From Candidatus Omnitrophota bacterium (GTDB lineage: Bacteria > Omnitrophota > Gorgyraeia > 2-01-FULL-45-10): a DNA stretch of 51,591 nucleotides. The stretch spans positions 1 to 51,591 of the forward strand of contig JAQTPE010000002.1 in NCBI GenBank assembly GCA_028748925.1. Reading direction: 5' to 3'. The notes beneath the pieces were generated by a model that made no database searches, had not been told where the DNA came from, and saw nothing but the letters and a program-made list of their open reading frames with translations. Below, one piece after another: positions 8,884 to 18,183 of this stretch (positions are counted from its first letter, which is position 1; every line of letters begins with the position of its first letter). A program made the position numbers and the translations under genes.

Positions 8884-9939
8884 TTATTTAACTTCTCTTA
8901 AAATTGCTTCTATAATCCCGATAATTTTATCAAGAGCGCCGCGCTTCAAATTTTCCGGCGCTCCATGCCCCTGGCTTTTAGTAAACCTTATCCTTGTCCG
9001 AATATCATCGATGCTTTCCAATAATATTAACCGCCCATTTTCCGATAGATACCGGTCTACTGCCCCAATCCTGCCTCTGAATATGCTATAGGCGGGCACA
9101 CCTAATGCGGCGGCTTCGCGATTCATCGTCCCCCCTCCGCTGACTACCAGGTCCGAATGCCATATCAAATTTAGCCCGTCCAGAGCATGCTCCGGTATTA
9201 CTATTTTCCCGGAGCTGCACCACTTGGGCCAGCTATCCTTTATCCGTGCCGTCTCTTTTTTTTCGTTCCTTGGCAGAATGACAATACGGCTATTGTCTTT
9301 CTGCCCCAAAAAATCGACTGCCGCTTTAAAAAGCAGCTCGCTTTCCGGATTATGATAATGCGCTTCCGTAGCGGGCGGGCGCATAGTAACTAATAACTCC
9401 TCCTCGCCGATACCCAATATCTCCTTTATTGACGGATCCGGAATAAAGTCCGGCACATACACGTCTTCCTTAGTCCCCGGATACTTATATACATGTTTCC
9501 TATACTCTGTTATCACGTTATCGGGTATTATCTCCGGAACTATTAGATATGTGGGCCTGATAATTGTTTTAACATATTCATAATCGGACATTACTACAGA
9601 GGGTATATTTAAAATCGATGCCGTCGCTACCTGAGACCTGGAACCATGCGAAAGAGCTATATCGGGTTTTTCGCTTATAACTTTCGGCATCAACTGGAGG
9701 GATCTGATTACCAACCCCGCAACCTTCAAAATTTTCCTCTTCCCGTAATGGCGGCCGATCGCTACATGTCGCAAATTCATAAGATCGGCCAGAGCGCACA
9801 CCTGAAAACAGTCTCGTGCCGTCACCAGAACCCGATAACCTCGCTTACCAAGCTCATTAATAATAGGCTTGAAAAACGGAACGTGCGGTGAATTATCTAA
9901 ATCAATCCATATTTTTGAGCCATTCCCTGGAATTGGCAT
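8884..9939 (-). CDS. DUF354-family protein (GT-B / UDP-GlcNAc 2-epimerase-like fold)
   Basis: The N-terminus KIWIDLDNSPHVPFFKPIINELGKRGYRVLVTARD is the signature opening of DUF354 proteins. A C-terminal SGGGTMNREAAALGVP block is also present. Confidence 0.6.
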   Translation of the reverse strand: MPIPGNGSKIWIDLDNSPHVPFFKPIINELGKRGYRVLVTARDCFQVCALADLMNLRHVAIGRHYGKRKILKVAGLVIRSLQLMPKVISEKPDIALSHGSRSQVATASILNIPSVVMSDYEYVKTIIRPTYLIVPEIIPDNVITEYRKHVYKYPGTKEDVYVPDFIPDPSIKEILGIGEEELLVTMRPPATEAHYHNPESELLFKAAVDFLGQKDNSRIVILPRNEKKETARIKDSWPKWCSSGKIVIPEHALDGLNLIWHSDLVVSGGGTMNREAAALGVPAYSIFRGRIGAVDRYLSENGRLILLESIDDIRTRIRFTKSQGHGAPENLKRGALDKIIGIIEAILREVK

Positions 9940-9971
9940 ATTTTTTTATTCGCCATTTTGAAATAAAACTT

Positions 9972-10955
9972 TTACACGGATATCTTGTTCTCTTTAAGCG
10001 CTTTTTCGTAAAGATAAGTATCGTAGACCTTTAATGGGCACCCACAGTGCATTATAGGACATTTGATTAAACTATTCTTAAACCGGATACCTTTATATAT
10101 ATGTCCTAATTTTTCGGGTATATTACCGCATGACATTACATAACCGTTTGCCCAGACTACGGCTGCGTTATACCCTGCATTGCACATTGTTCCCTTGGAA
10201 CAAAGAAGCATATCCAAAAGCGCATCATGTTTTATATTAAAGGCGGCTAATTCCTGTTCGGTATATGCGGCGGGGTACTCCTTTCCATTATAAATTCCTC
10301 TAAACCTGTCAAATGTAAATTCCATTCCTTTTTTCTTAAATAATTCTCTGTATTTATCCGCTTCGTTAAAAAGCTTTGGATAGGCGACTGCTCTCACCTC
10401 TATGTTAAACCCTTTTTCTTTACATAATAGAAAATTATGCGCAAATACATCCAACAGATTGAGCCGTTCCAGCTCTTTAATATGTAATGACGCATGGATC
10501 TTTATCACTCTTTGAGGATCGATCTTATCGCAGAATTCTTCGATTTTTTTTGAAGTCAAATTTGTATTAATGGAAAGATAGTGTTTTTTTGTTATCTCTA
10601 CGCAGATTTCAATTATATTTTGGATTAAGAACGGCTCTCCCCCGCCCGAAAGAGTAATCCGAAAGGTCTTATTCGTCTTATCAAGAGTACTAAGCAAAGC
10701 GGGTATGTCTATCATGGATGTTCTGATCTTTTTTTCTTTTATCCTCAAAACGAGGGCCTTTATCAGGCCGAAGATCCCTACCTGAGAGACCCTTTCTCTC
10801 CTTCTTTCTATTTCACGAAGAAAATGCCTTATTGATGGTTTCGCCCTCTCGGAGGGATGATTATAACAATATTCGCAGGACAGATTGCATTTACAGGCAA
10901 TCCTCCACGATAAATAAGCATCATAATTTTGGTTCTTTTTTTGCTCATTCCCCAT
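9972..10955 (-). CDS. Radical SAM enzyme with Cys-rich C-terminal (SPASM/twitch-like) region
   Basis: CNLSCEYCY (CxxxCxxC) near the N-terminus, a GGGEPF SAM-binding motif, and the C-terminal cysteines ...MCNAGY...SCGN...KCPIMHCGCP. The gene is very AT-rich. Confidence 0.75.
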   Translation of the reverse strand: MGNEQKKNQNYDAYLSWRIACKCNLSCEYCYNHPSERAKPSIRHFLREIERRRERVSQVGIFGLIKALVLRIKEKKIRTSMIDIPALLSTLDKTNKTFRITLSGGGEPFLIQNIIEICVEITKKHYLSINTNLTSKKIEEFCDKIDPQRVIKIHASLHIKELERLNLLDVFAHNFLLCKEKGFNIEVRAVAYPKLFNEADKYRELFKKKGMEFTFDRFRGIYNGKEYPAAYTEQELAAFNIKHDALLDMLLCSKGTMCNAGYNAAVVWANGYVMSCGNIPEKLGHIYKGIRFKNSLIKCPIMHCGCPLKVYDTYLYEKALKENKISV

Positions 10956-11015
10956 TGTTCGAATTTTCTCTATAAATTATACTTCCTGTATTTTGCAAGT
11001 ACTGTAGAAATTTGA

Positions 11016-12206
11016 CTATCGGGCAACGTAGAATAATTTACATATTGAAAACCCTATAATTCTGAATATTCTTCTTATAATTCTATACCAGTAATAAAAA
11101 TAGGTAATCCCGCTGTGAATATTCGGATATGCCGCCTTAAGCTCCTGCCGGGAAGGAAAAATATAATTATATATAAGATGCGCTTTGCCTATTAGGCCCG
11201 GCACATTGGATATCAAATGCCATCTGAATTTAGTATCCGAATATTCCTTAAATCCAAAGATATCCCTCTCTTCCAGAATATCCCATCTGAAAAATGGTTT
11301 GAGCCTTTCTTCCATAATTGCAGGGAGCCGGATAAACCTTTTTTTGCAAAGCCACGACAAAACAGAATAAATTTCGCGCTCCACCCTCTCTTCTCTCAAC
11401 AGTTTAATAAAAGACTCCCATTTGAAATCTTTATCATAAAACCTGATAGTCTCAACTATATCACAAAAAGAGACCAGATATGACTGTTTCGAATGTATAT
11501 TTTTGACTAAGTTAGCGCACAGATGCATTAACTGCGTTTCGGGAGACAGAATACGCATTGTCAACGTGCCGGCTTCTAAGAGCATGGAGTCGCGCCATAG
11601 ATTCTCCTGCTTAAAATATCCATATCTTGCTCCTTTAATCAATGCGCGATGGATATCGATCTGTATCTGTTTTAATTTCGTATTCTTTATGTAGCCGAAC
11701 TGCTGAAAAACATCAAAATCTTGCGGCGCGCGCGGAAGACCCTCCTGATCTTTGTATCCTAATACGCGCTTGGCTTCTTCATATTGCGTTTCCCTAACGA
11801 GCAGATCTATATCGAACATGAACCGAAAGCGGGATGTCGCGTATACCGTGAAATATAAGGCCATCCCTTTCAAAACGATAAAATCTATACTATTTTTTTT
11901 AAAAATGCCCGCCAATTCCTTGAACTCTTCCAAATAGAGCAGGTTATTGACAAGGTCTTTTTTCATCAGAGCGGAAAAATGTTCGCGGATATGCCCGGGG
12001 ATCAGATGAGAGACGTTTGCGTTGTTTGCATTGCGGAGAAAAAAACCGTATAACCGGCAATTAATTAATTTTTCTTCGAGGCAGCTCCAGTCGAGGCCGG
12101 ATTTAAGAAGCTCTGTAAAACTGTCGGATCTCTCTCTATCGGTAACCTCAAAAGGAACGGATAAAAGCAGTAATTCCGTATCGGTAGGCCGACGATTTTC
12201 TACCAT
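11016..12206 (-). CDS. Uncharacterised nucleotidyltransferase (NTP_transf_5-like)
   Basis: IVLKGMALYFTVYATSRFRFMFDIDLLVRETQYEEAKRVLGYK matches the LKG...R...DIDLLV...A...L...GY core of that family as I remember it. The gene is very AT-rich. Confidence 0.6.
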   Translation of the reverse strand: MVENRRPTDTELLLLSVPFEVTDRERSDSFTELLKSGLDWSCLEEKLINCRLYGFFLRNANNANVSHLIPGHIREHFSALMKKDLVNNLLYLEEFKELAGIFKKNSIDFIVLKGMALYFTVYATSRFRFMFDIDLLVRETQYEEAKRVLGYKDQEGLPRAPQDFDVFQQFGYIKNTKLKQIQIDIHRALIKGARYGYFKQENLWRDSMLLEAGTLTMRILSPETQLMHLCANLVKNIHSKQSYLVSFCDIVETIRFYDKDFKWESFIKLLREERVEREIYSVLSWLCKKRFIRLPAIMEERLKPFFRWDILEERDIFGFKEYSDTKFRWHLISNVPGLIGKAHLIYNYIFPSRQELKAAYPNIHSGITYFYYWYRIIRRIFRIIGFSICKLFYVAR

Positions 12207-12210
12207 ATTT

Positions 12211-13002
12211 TCATCTCTTTATTATTGATACCGCTCTATTCAGCACCCTCTTCCAGAACGGACGCCTGTACCATGGATATATTATGTCCTTATATTTTAT
12301 TTTAATTCTCTCGCTCTCCGCCGCATTTTCGCCGGTAAACCGCTTACCAGTAGACCTCCCCCCGGGGTTTATATAGTATATATTATAGATTCCGGGTATC
12401 TTCATGAATTTCGCGTTATGCTTAACCGCCCTGAGCCACATCTCCCAATCTCCGACGCATTTTAAAGACTCATCGAACATCCCGTATCTGGTATGCAGAC
12501 TCTTCCTCCATACAGGGCATCGATCGGGCAAATTTAAAGCCATATTCTGTTTGCTGAATTTTTTTTGATATTGAAGGATTAATTTTTTTTCTATAGTGGC
12601 CTCGAGAGCCTCATTCGGCACATCGGTATAATAACCTTCGGAATATACAAGATCTATATCCGGAAAATCCATTAAATATTTCGCGTGAACTTCAATATGT
12701 TCCGGAAGACGCCGGTCGTCGACATTCGCATTCGTTATATACTCGCCGCTCGACATATTTATAGCGATATTCCAGGCTCCGTATATTCCGGGATCATGAT
12801 CGAGTCTCTTATATATGATATTCGGATATTTACCCGCATACTCTTTTATGACTTTCGCTTCATTATCCGGAGAGTTACAATCAATGATGATAAGCTCGCA
12901 AAATTGAAAAACTGTCTGCTGCGTGATATTCTTCAAAAACCCGTCAATGAACTCTCCTCCTTTATATAAGGATGTGATAATCGAAATCTTCGGAATTTTC
13001 AT
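12211..13002 (-). CDS. Glycosyltransferase family 2
   Basis: ISIITSLYKGGEFIDGFLKNITQQTVFQFCELIIIDCNSPDNEAKVI and NANVDDRR (DxD-like). Confidence 0.8.
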   Translation of the reverse strand: MKIPKISIITSLYKGGEFIDGFLKNITQQTVFQFCELIIIDCNSPDNEAKVIKEYAGKYPNIIYKRLDHDPGIYGAWNIAINMSSGEYITNANVDDRRLPEHIEVHAKYLMDFPDIDLVYSEGYYTDVPNEALEATIEKKLILQYQKKFSKQNMALNLPDRCPVWRKSLHTRYGMFDESLKCVGDWEMWLRAVKHNAKFMKIPGIYNIYYINPGGRSTGKRFTGENAAESERIKIKYKDIIYPWYRRPFWKRVLNRAVSIIKR

Positions 13003-13100
13003 ATGTCGTCAGTATACTCCGATAGTTGATATAATTCAAGATGCTCCGTCCGGTGGTTCTGTTACCCATAACATACTGCCTTCGGCATAAACCTTGGCTC

Positions 13101-14288
13101 TTATTCACGCATTTTGAGAAGTAAAAAGGTTAACGCCTTATACATTGTGGCTTGACCCCAATGCAACATGGGTGTTTTGGCCTTTATTCCTAACGGATAT
13201 TGCCTGTAGTAAAAATAACCCTCTTTATCCTGCATGTTATCTATGGTCCATATGGCTACTTTTAACGCTAAGTCTAATGCCAGGTCATCGAATTGCGCGA
13301 AATTTGCCAATGTGTCGATCGCCTGGGATGCGCACTGAATATCGATCGGATATGCTCTATCATGATAGTATTTAGGCCTGCCATTCCTCTCAAAAAAGTG
13401 ATCTTCATAGAAACAGAGTCCTTTCTTCAGCGCAGATTCATATTCTTTGTCGCCGGAACAGCTAATGTAGCATTTCAGTCCGTCAAGATTATAGCCGGTA
13501 TGAAAATTATCTATCCAGTGATTTTTTGGGCATTCTCCATAAAACCATGCGCCGTTTGGTAATTGCCTGGAACAACTATACGCCATCGCCTCTTTAGCCG
13601 CTGTAGAATATTTCTGATCCCCGTTATATTTAGCGGTGCGGGCAAGAATCGCGGCGCCCGCCATATTCGAATTGTGAATCGTGGCGGTGTAATCATGGTT
13701 ATGGTATCCCATACAGAAACCGGGCTTGGTTTGGTTTCTTGGCAATTTCAAGATCCATTTGCATATACTATCGGCTGCCGCCAGATGCCCGCTGTCGTTA
13801 AATAACTCATAGGCATCCAGAAAAGCATGGCCGATAAGCGCCGTCCATATCAAAATGGGCTCTAAAGCACCGTAATATCCGCTTCTGCCGGCGTAATCGA
13901 AATGCTTCCCCCACGCATGTTCTTTATGGGCCGGAGCCCGATTTTCCATAAGCCATTCAAGGCACGAAAACACCTTATCTTTATTTGTCCGGTCGCCGGT
14001 TAATTTATACATATTGCAATAACCCCGGACCATATAACCTCTCCCGATTGTAGAGTCCATGGGTTTTACACCGAGAATCGGCCTCAAATTTAATGGGCTT
14101 TGTCTGACAAGCTGCACTAACAATCGGTTTAGTAATAGATTGCCAAAGGTTAACGGCCTTAACACAGATGACAGCCCGTCAAATGGCTCATAACCTTTAT
14201 AATTATTGTCTTCTACCCATTTTTCTACTCTCAGCGCGCTTTGTTTTATAACTTCTTTCATATAAAAATTGATTTTTTCATAAAACAT
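13101..14288 (-). CDS. Conserved uncharacterised protein, paralogue 2 of 7615..8862
   Basis: 395 aa. Alignable along its whole length with 7615..8862 (shared motifs listed there); by eye roughly one third of positions are identical. Confidence 0.6.
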   Translation of the reverse strand: MFYEKINFYMKEVIKQSALRVEKWVEDNNYKGYEPFDGLSSVLRPLTFGNLLLNRLLVQLVRQSPLNLRPILGVKPMDSTIGRGYMVRGYCNMYKLTGDRTNKDKVFSCLEWLMENRAPAHKEHAWGKHFDYAGRSGYYGALEPILIWTALIGHAFLDAYELFNDSGHLAAADSICKWILKLPRNQTKPGFCMGYHNHDYTATIHNSNMAGAAILARTAKYNGDQKYSTAAKEAMAYSCSRQLPNGAWFYGECPKNHWIDNFHTGYNLDGLKCYISCSGDKEYESALKKGLCFYEDHFFERNGRPKYYHDRAYPIDIQCASQAIDTLANFAQFDDLALDLALKVAIWTIDNMQDKEGYFYYRQYPLGIKAKTPMLHWGQATMYKALTFLLLKMRE

Positions 14289-14289
14289 C

Positions 14290-14766
14290 TTATTGCTTCA
14301 TAAAATCACGTATCGCCTCAAGAAGTGAGCGGGAAGCAACCGGAGAAATGCGTTCAGCGCCGCGTAATGCTTCAAGGTGATCAAGCTTGGCCATTAAATC
14401 ACTCTCATCCTGAGCCATAGCGATTCTGCCGAGGTCCTGAAAACGTTTTGCCATGAATAACTGGTGATTATTGGGTGTTTCGTGTAAGTGCGGGCGGCGA
14501 GGCATTACGAGAATCGGCTTGCCCAGTTCCAGCGCCTTAAGAATCGTCCCTGCTCCGGCATGCGCAATAACAACATTTGCCTCTTGCATCTTACGATCAA
14601 ATTCTTCCGGCTTAAGAAAATCCGTCCATTTTATATGCTCTGGCCGCCAGTTCGTACTGCCTATCTGCGCGAATATATCCGTACGGCCGCGGAGGGCTGC
14701 CCATTTATCAATTACTCTTACCATCCGGTCAAAAGGCGAATAGTTGCCTATGGTAATAAAGATCAT
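14290..14766 (-). CDS. Alg13-like / Glyco_tran_28_C catalytic subunit of a split glycosyltransferase (PssE/Cps14G type)
   Basis: MIFITIGNYSPFDRMV...VIAHAGAGTILKALELGKPILVMPRRPHLHETPNNHQLFMAKRF matches the MurG C-terminal/Alg13 pattern. Confidence 0.7.
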   Translation of the reverse strand: MIFITIGNYSPFDRMVRVIDKWAALRGRTDIFAQIGSTNWRPEHIKWTDFLKPEEFDRKMQEANVVIAHAGAGTILKALELGKPILVMPRRPHLHETPNNHQLFMAKRFQDLGRIAMAQDESDLMAKLDHLEALRGAERISPVASRSLLEAIRDFMKQ

Positions 14767-15224
14767 AAAGTGCTCCCATAATAATATGGGCCGCCTTCTT
14801 TAGCCAGATGCGGCCACTGCGTAAGCCATAAATCCGCAAGTCTTCCGGCAAGCCTGCCGGATAGAGACAGGGATTCCGTATTGGCTATGGAATCTACCCA
14901 AATAGTCCGGGAGCCTAATAATAGCTTTGCAAAACAAAAAGCGAAAAACCCGCAGGCCGTTCCGGTGGAGATTACATAATCGGGGCGCTCTTTTATCACT
15001 ATCCAAAAAATTTTTCCGGCCTGCCTGAGCAAGCCTATCTTATCCCATCGTATCGCGGCATTGAGAAAATAGAACTTTTCCGAGCCCACATCCGTCCTAT
15101 AGCGCGCGTGTTCGGTAACAAAAACTATTTTGCAGCCATCCAGCGCCGGCAATAGACGTTTTAATTGAGTCCAATGCCCGCCACAGGAAGAGATTGCCAG
15201 AACTTTTTTTGCTTCGCTCACCAT
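14763..15224 (-). CDS. Alg14-like subunit of a split glycosyltransferase (PssD/Cps14F type)
   Basis: SSCGGHWTQLKRL...PDYVISTGTACGFFAFCFAKLLLGSRTIWVDSIANTESLSLSGRLAGRLADLWLTQW resembles Alg14-like proteins. A 4-nt overlap with the downstream Alg13-like gene implies a coupled pair. Confidence 0.65.
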   Translation of the reverse strand: MVSEAKKVLAISSCGGHWTQLKRLLPALDGCKIVFVTEHARYRTDVGSEKFYFLNAAIRWDKIGLLRQAGKIFWIVIKERPDYVISTGTACGFFAFCFAKLLLGSRTIWVDSIANTESLSLSGRLAGRLADLWLTQWPHLAKEGGPYYYGSTL

Positions 15225-15425
15225 TATTGATTAACTTTGTTTTCCCCGCGACATTTTCATGATTTACATAGAAACCGTGTCCTGAAACGCTTCTTGATCG
15301 CCCGTAAAATAATAGGTCGGTAATTTAGTGGCTTTTGCGAACTAAAAGTATTATATTCCACCTTCCAACGTTCTACAAGCTCTTTTGCCGTGATTCTGTT
15401 ACCCTTTTTTACGCCTTTTGGTATA

Positions 15426-16619
15426 ATGGTGTATATGCTGAAGGATGTCCTGAAGAGATTATTGCCTCATCAGCTTAAGATATTATTGTCCGCTTTACGG
15501 GAAGCTGTCGGATTTTATCCGCATTATGTTATGGGGAATGGCGCCGCAAGACCCCCTGAATCCGTTACTATAGAGATCACGTATCTATGTAACTGCAGAT
15601 GTCAAATGTGCCCGCTCTATGGCAGTCATACCCATGATGGCAACAGAATAAAAAAAGAGTCAACAAATAAAAGAGAGCTTACGGCCGCCGAATATAAAGA
15701 ATTATTCAACGGATTAAGGGGTGGCGGTGTAAAAAGGGTGGCTTTTACCGGAGGCGAGCCTTTTATAAGAAGCGATATGCTCGAAATCGCCGGGTATGCC
15801 GCGGATCTCGGACTGGAGATCTCCTTCACGACAAACGGCGCATTAATAACAAAAGCGATCGCAAAATCGCTTGTAGATCTGCGGGTACAAAGTATATATT
15901 TTTCTCTCGATGGTACGGAAGAGACTCATAACAATATTCGCAAGGCGGAGGTATATAAACGGCTGCTCGAAGCGGTAGATTTTATCAATGAGGAGAAAAA
16001 ATTGAGGGGCCGGACCGAGCCGTCCATTTCGTTTGGCTGCACCGTATCGCGCCTGAATGAAAACAATTTCTCGGAATTAGTTAAAATAGCGAAAGACAAA
16101 AATGCTTTTTTAAATATAGCCCCTGTATTCTTTTCTTCGGAAGAAGAGACTGAGTCGACTTTGAAGTTCTTCCCGGGCGAGAAACTTATAAAGTTAGAGG
16201 ACAAGAGCCTGCCGGATTCGGTGATAGGCGCCGATATCGATACTCTATATAATGAGACGAAGCGCGCAATCTCTTTGGCCGGAATATTCCGGCAGCCAAT
16301 CCAGATTATTTTAAAAAAGAGAGGAGAGATAGCGCGGTGGTTTGGCAAGGGGAGTTATTTCCCCGCCAATAAGTGCTTTTTCCCGTGGTCCAACGCCAGG
16401 ATAGACCCTTTCGGGACAGTCTATCCCTGCTCTATCAGTCTTACTATGGGCGATATCAGAAGCGATCCGTTTATGAAGATATGGAATGATCGAAGATACA
16501 GGGAATTCCGCAAAAAATTGAAGGGTGAAAAGCTCTTCCCTTCTTGTTCCAGATGCTGCACATTATTCCCGAATACGCCGCATAAATTCTGGAGTTATTT
16601 TCCAAAAATAGGGCGTTGA
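15426..16619 (+). CDS. Radical SAM / SPASM-domain protein
   Basis: CNCRCQMCP (CxxxCxxC), FTGGEPF, and a C-terminal Cys cluster (CFFPW...YPCS...PSCSRCC) typical of SPASM domains. Start chosen at ATG 15426 (MVYMLKD); the track uses GTG 15390. Confidence 0.75.
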   Translation: MVYMLKDVLKRLLPHQLKILLSALREAVGFYPHYVMGNGAARPPESVTIEITYLCNCRCQMCPLYGSHTHDGNRIKKESTNKRELTAAEYKELFNGLRGGGVKRVAFTGGEPFIRSDMLEIAGYAADLGLEISFTTNGALITKAIAKSLVDLRVQSIYFSLDGTEETHNNIRKAEVYKRLLEAVDFINEEKKLRGRTEPSISFGCTVSRLNENNFSELVKIAKDKNAFLNIAPVFFSSEEETESTLKFFPGEKLIKLEDKSLPDSVIGADIDTLYNETKRAISLAGIFRQPIQIILKKRGEIARWFGKGSYFPANKCFFPWSNARIDPFGTVYPCSISLTMGDIRSDPFMKIWNDRRYREFRKKLKGEKLFPSCSRCCTLFPNTPHKFWSYFPKIGR

Positions 16620-16624
16620 GGGAT

Positions 16625-17929
16625 CTATCCTGATCTTTTCTTCAGGTTTTCGAGCCAATCTTTGATCTTTTTTTCGTAACCGATATCTGCGGGAATATAA
16701 TAAATTTTATCGGAAGGCTTGTATTCCTGCCGTACATAATGATTGTTGAAATCATGGGCATATTTATAGCCTTTGCCGTGTCCGAATTGCGCTGAATCCA
16801 GGCTTGCGTCCTTTAGATGGTCCGGCACCTCCAGGGTCTTTCCTTTTTCGACATCTTTTAGCGCGTTTTCGATTCCCAGGTACGCGGCATTGGACTTTGG
16901 AGCGCACGCCACGTAAACAGCGGCTTGCGCCAGCGGAATGCGCGCTTCCGGCATGCCGACAAACTCAATCGACTGTAATGCCGCGGCCGCTACCACAAGC
17001 GCCTGGGGATCTGCATTGCCCACATCTTCGGAGGCGCAGATTATGATACGACGCGCTATAAATCTCGGATCCTCGCCAGCATAGATCATCTTCGCAAGCC
17101 AGTATAGAACTGCGTCCGGATCGGAACCGCGCATCGATTTTATAAACGCCGATATGGTATCGTAGTGGCCGTCCTCATCTTTATCATAGACGACCGCTTT
17201 CTTCTGGATCGACTCTTCCGCAACCTTCATCGTGAAATGGATCTTCTTATCTCTGCCCGACGGCGTTGTAAGCACTCCTATCTCCAGGGCCGACAAGCCC
17301 CTCCGCGCATCCCCTTCCGAAATTTTGGCAAGATGCCCTATTGCGTCATTGTCGATCTTTACGGATATATTGCCGAGGCCGTCTTTCTTATCCTCGAGAG
17401 CGCGCCTGATAGTTTTTATGATATCGGCATCGGACAACTTTTTGAATTCGAAGATCTGGGAACGCGAAAGAAGGGCTGTGTTTACGTAAAAAAACGGGTT
17501 ATGCGTAGTGGTTCCTATCAAGATGGGGTTGCCCGCCTCGACGTCCGGCATGAGAACATCCTGCTGGGCTTTATTGAACCGGTGGATCTCGTCTACCAGG
17601 AGAATGGTGCGTTTGCCGTCCATGGCCTGGCGTTTCTTGGCGCTATCTATGATCTTGCGCATATCGGCGACATTATTCGACGCCGCATTTATCCGCTCAA
17701 AATATGAGTCTGTCCTGTCTTTGATTATTAAGGCGAGTGTTGTCTTGCCGCATCCGGAGGGTCCGTAGAGTATCAGCGACGACATCTTATCTGATTCGAT
17801 CAGCCGGCGCAGTAATTTATCCGGCCCCAGGATATGCTCCTGCCCCACAAAATCATCCAGCCGCTTCGGCCTCATCCTCGCCGCAAGCGGCTCGTTCTGT
17901 TTCGATTTTTCCTTTATAAATAAGTCCAT
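16625..17929 (-). CDS. rarA: Replication-associated recombination protein A (AAA+ ATPase RarA/MgsA)
   Basis: LAARMRPKRLDDFVGQEHILGPDKLLRRLI, Walker A GPSGCGKTT, LLVDEIHRFNKAQQD, and the C-terminal MgsA domain (YYIPADIGYEKKI). Confidence 0.9.
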   Translation of the reverse strand: MDLFIKEKSKQNEPLAARMRPKRLDDFVGQEHILGPDKLLRRLIESDKMSSLILYGPSGCGKTTLALIIKDRTDSYFERINAASNNVADMRKIIDSAKKRQAMDGKRTILLVDEIHRFNKAQQDVLMPDVEAGNPILIGTTTHNPFFYVNTALLSRSQIFEFKKLSDADIIKTIRRALEDKKDGLGNISVKIDNDAIGHLAKISEGDARRGLSALEIGVLTTPSGRDKKIHFTMKVAEESIQKKAVVYDKDEDGHYDTISAFIKSMRGSDPDAVLYWLAKMIYAGEDPRFIARRIIICASEDVGNADPQALVVAAAALQSIEFVGMPEARIPLAQAAVYVACAPKSNAAYLGIENALKDVEKGKTLEVPDHLKDASLDSAQFGHGKGYKYAHDFNNHYVRQEYKPSDKIYYIPADIGYEKKIKDWLENLKKRSG

Positions 17930-18010
17930 TTTTTATTATATCGCAGACGGCGCTTTGGTGGCCCAGCCTGACGCTGAAAGCGGCCACCGCAAGCTTCGCC
18001 GCCTCAGCAT

Positions 18011-18177
18011 AAACAAAAAGTCCCCGCAGGTACCGTGTGAGGCTGAATTATATTGACCCTGTTATGTACAGGTGGGTGCCCTCTGCATCAATACCAAGGC
18101 ACTGATGCGGTCAGGCTCCCTGGTTAAGTCTTATAGGTTCAATACTTTTCACTCTAAATCACGCGCACCGCAGGGAC
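18011..18177 (-). ncRNA. Candidate ~167-nt rod-shaped small RNA (6S/SsrS-like architecture; identity unproven)
   Basis: No ORF. The minus-strand 5' end GUCCCUGCGGUGCGCGUGA (18177..18159) pairs with the 3' end UCACACGGUACCUGCGGGGAC (18040..18020). The two G-U wobbles work only on the minus strand. UUUUUGUUU follows immediately. Inner helices are present (UAUUGAACCU/AGGGUCAAUA; GCAUCAGU/AUUGAUGC). A promoter sits 7 nt upstream of the 5' G. Confidence 0.45.
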
Positions 18178-18183
18178 AATACA

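Noticed and set aside
17957-17990. Hairpin GGTGGCC(18 nt)GGCCACC between the sRNA candidate and rarA, and a TATAAT box 5 nt upstream of the rarA ATG (possible leaderless rarA mRNA).
   Set aside because: The hairpin has no U-run on either strand. The TATAAT has no acceptable -35 at 16-18 nt. The evidence is too thin to call a terminator or promoter.
18011-18177. Assigning the sRNA candidate to SRP RNA, tmRNA or RNase P RNA.
   Set aside because: None of the conserved signatures is present. There is no GGAA/GNAR tetraloop with AGCAGCC-type domain IV loops (SRP). There is no tRNA-like end with a tag ORF (tmRNA). There is no GAGGAAAGUCC block (RNase P). Only the generic rod-like, 6S-like architecture is supported.
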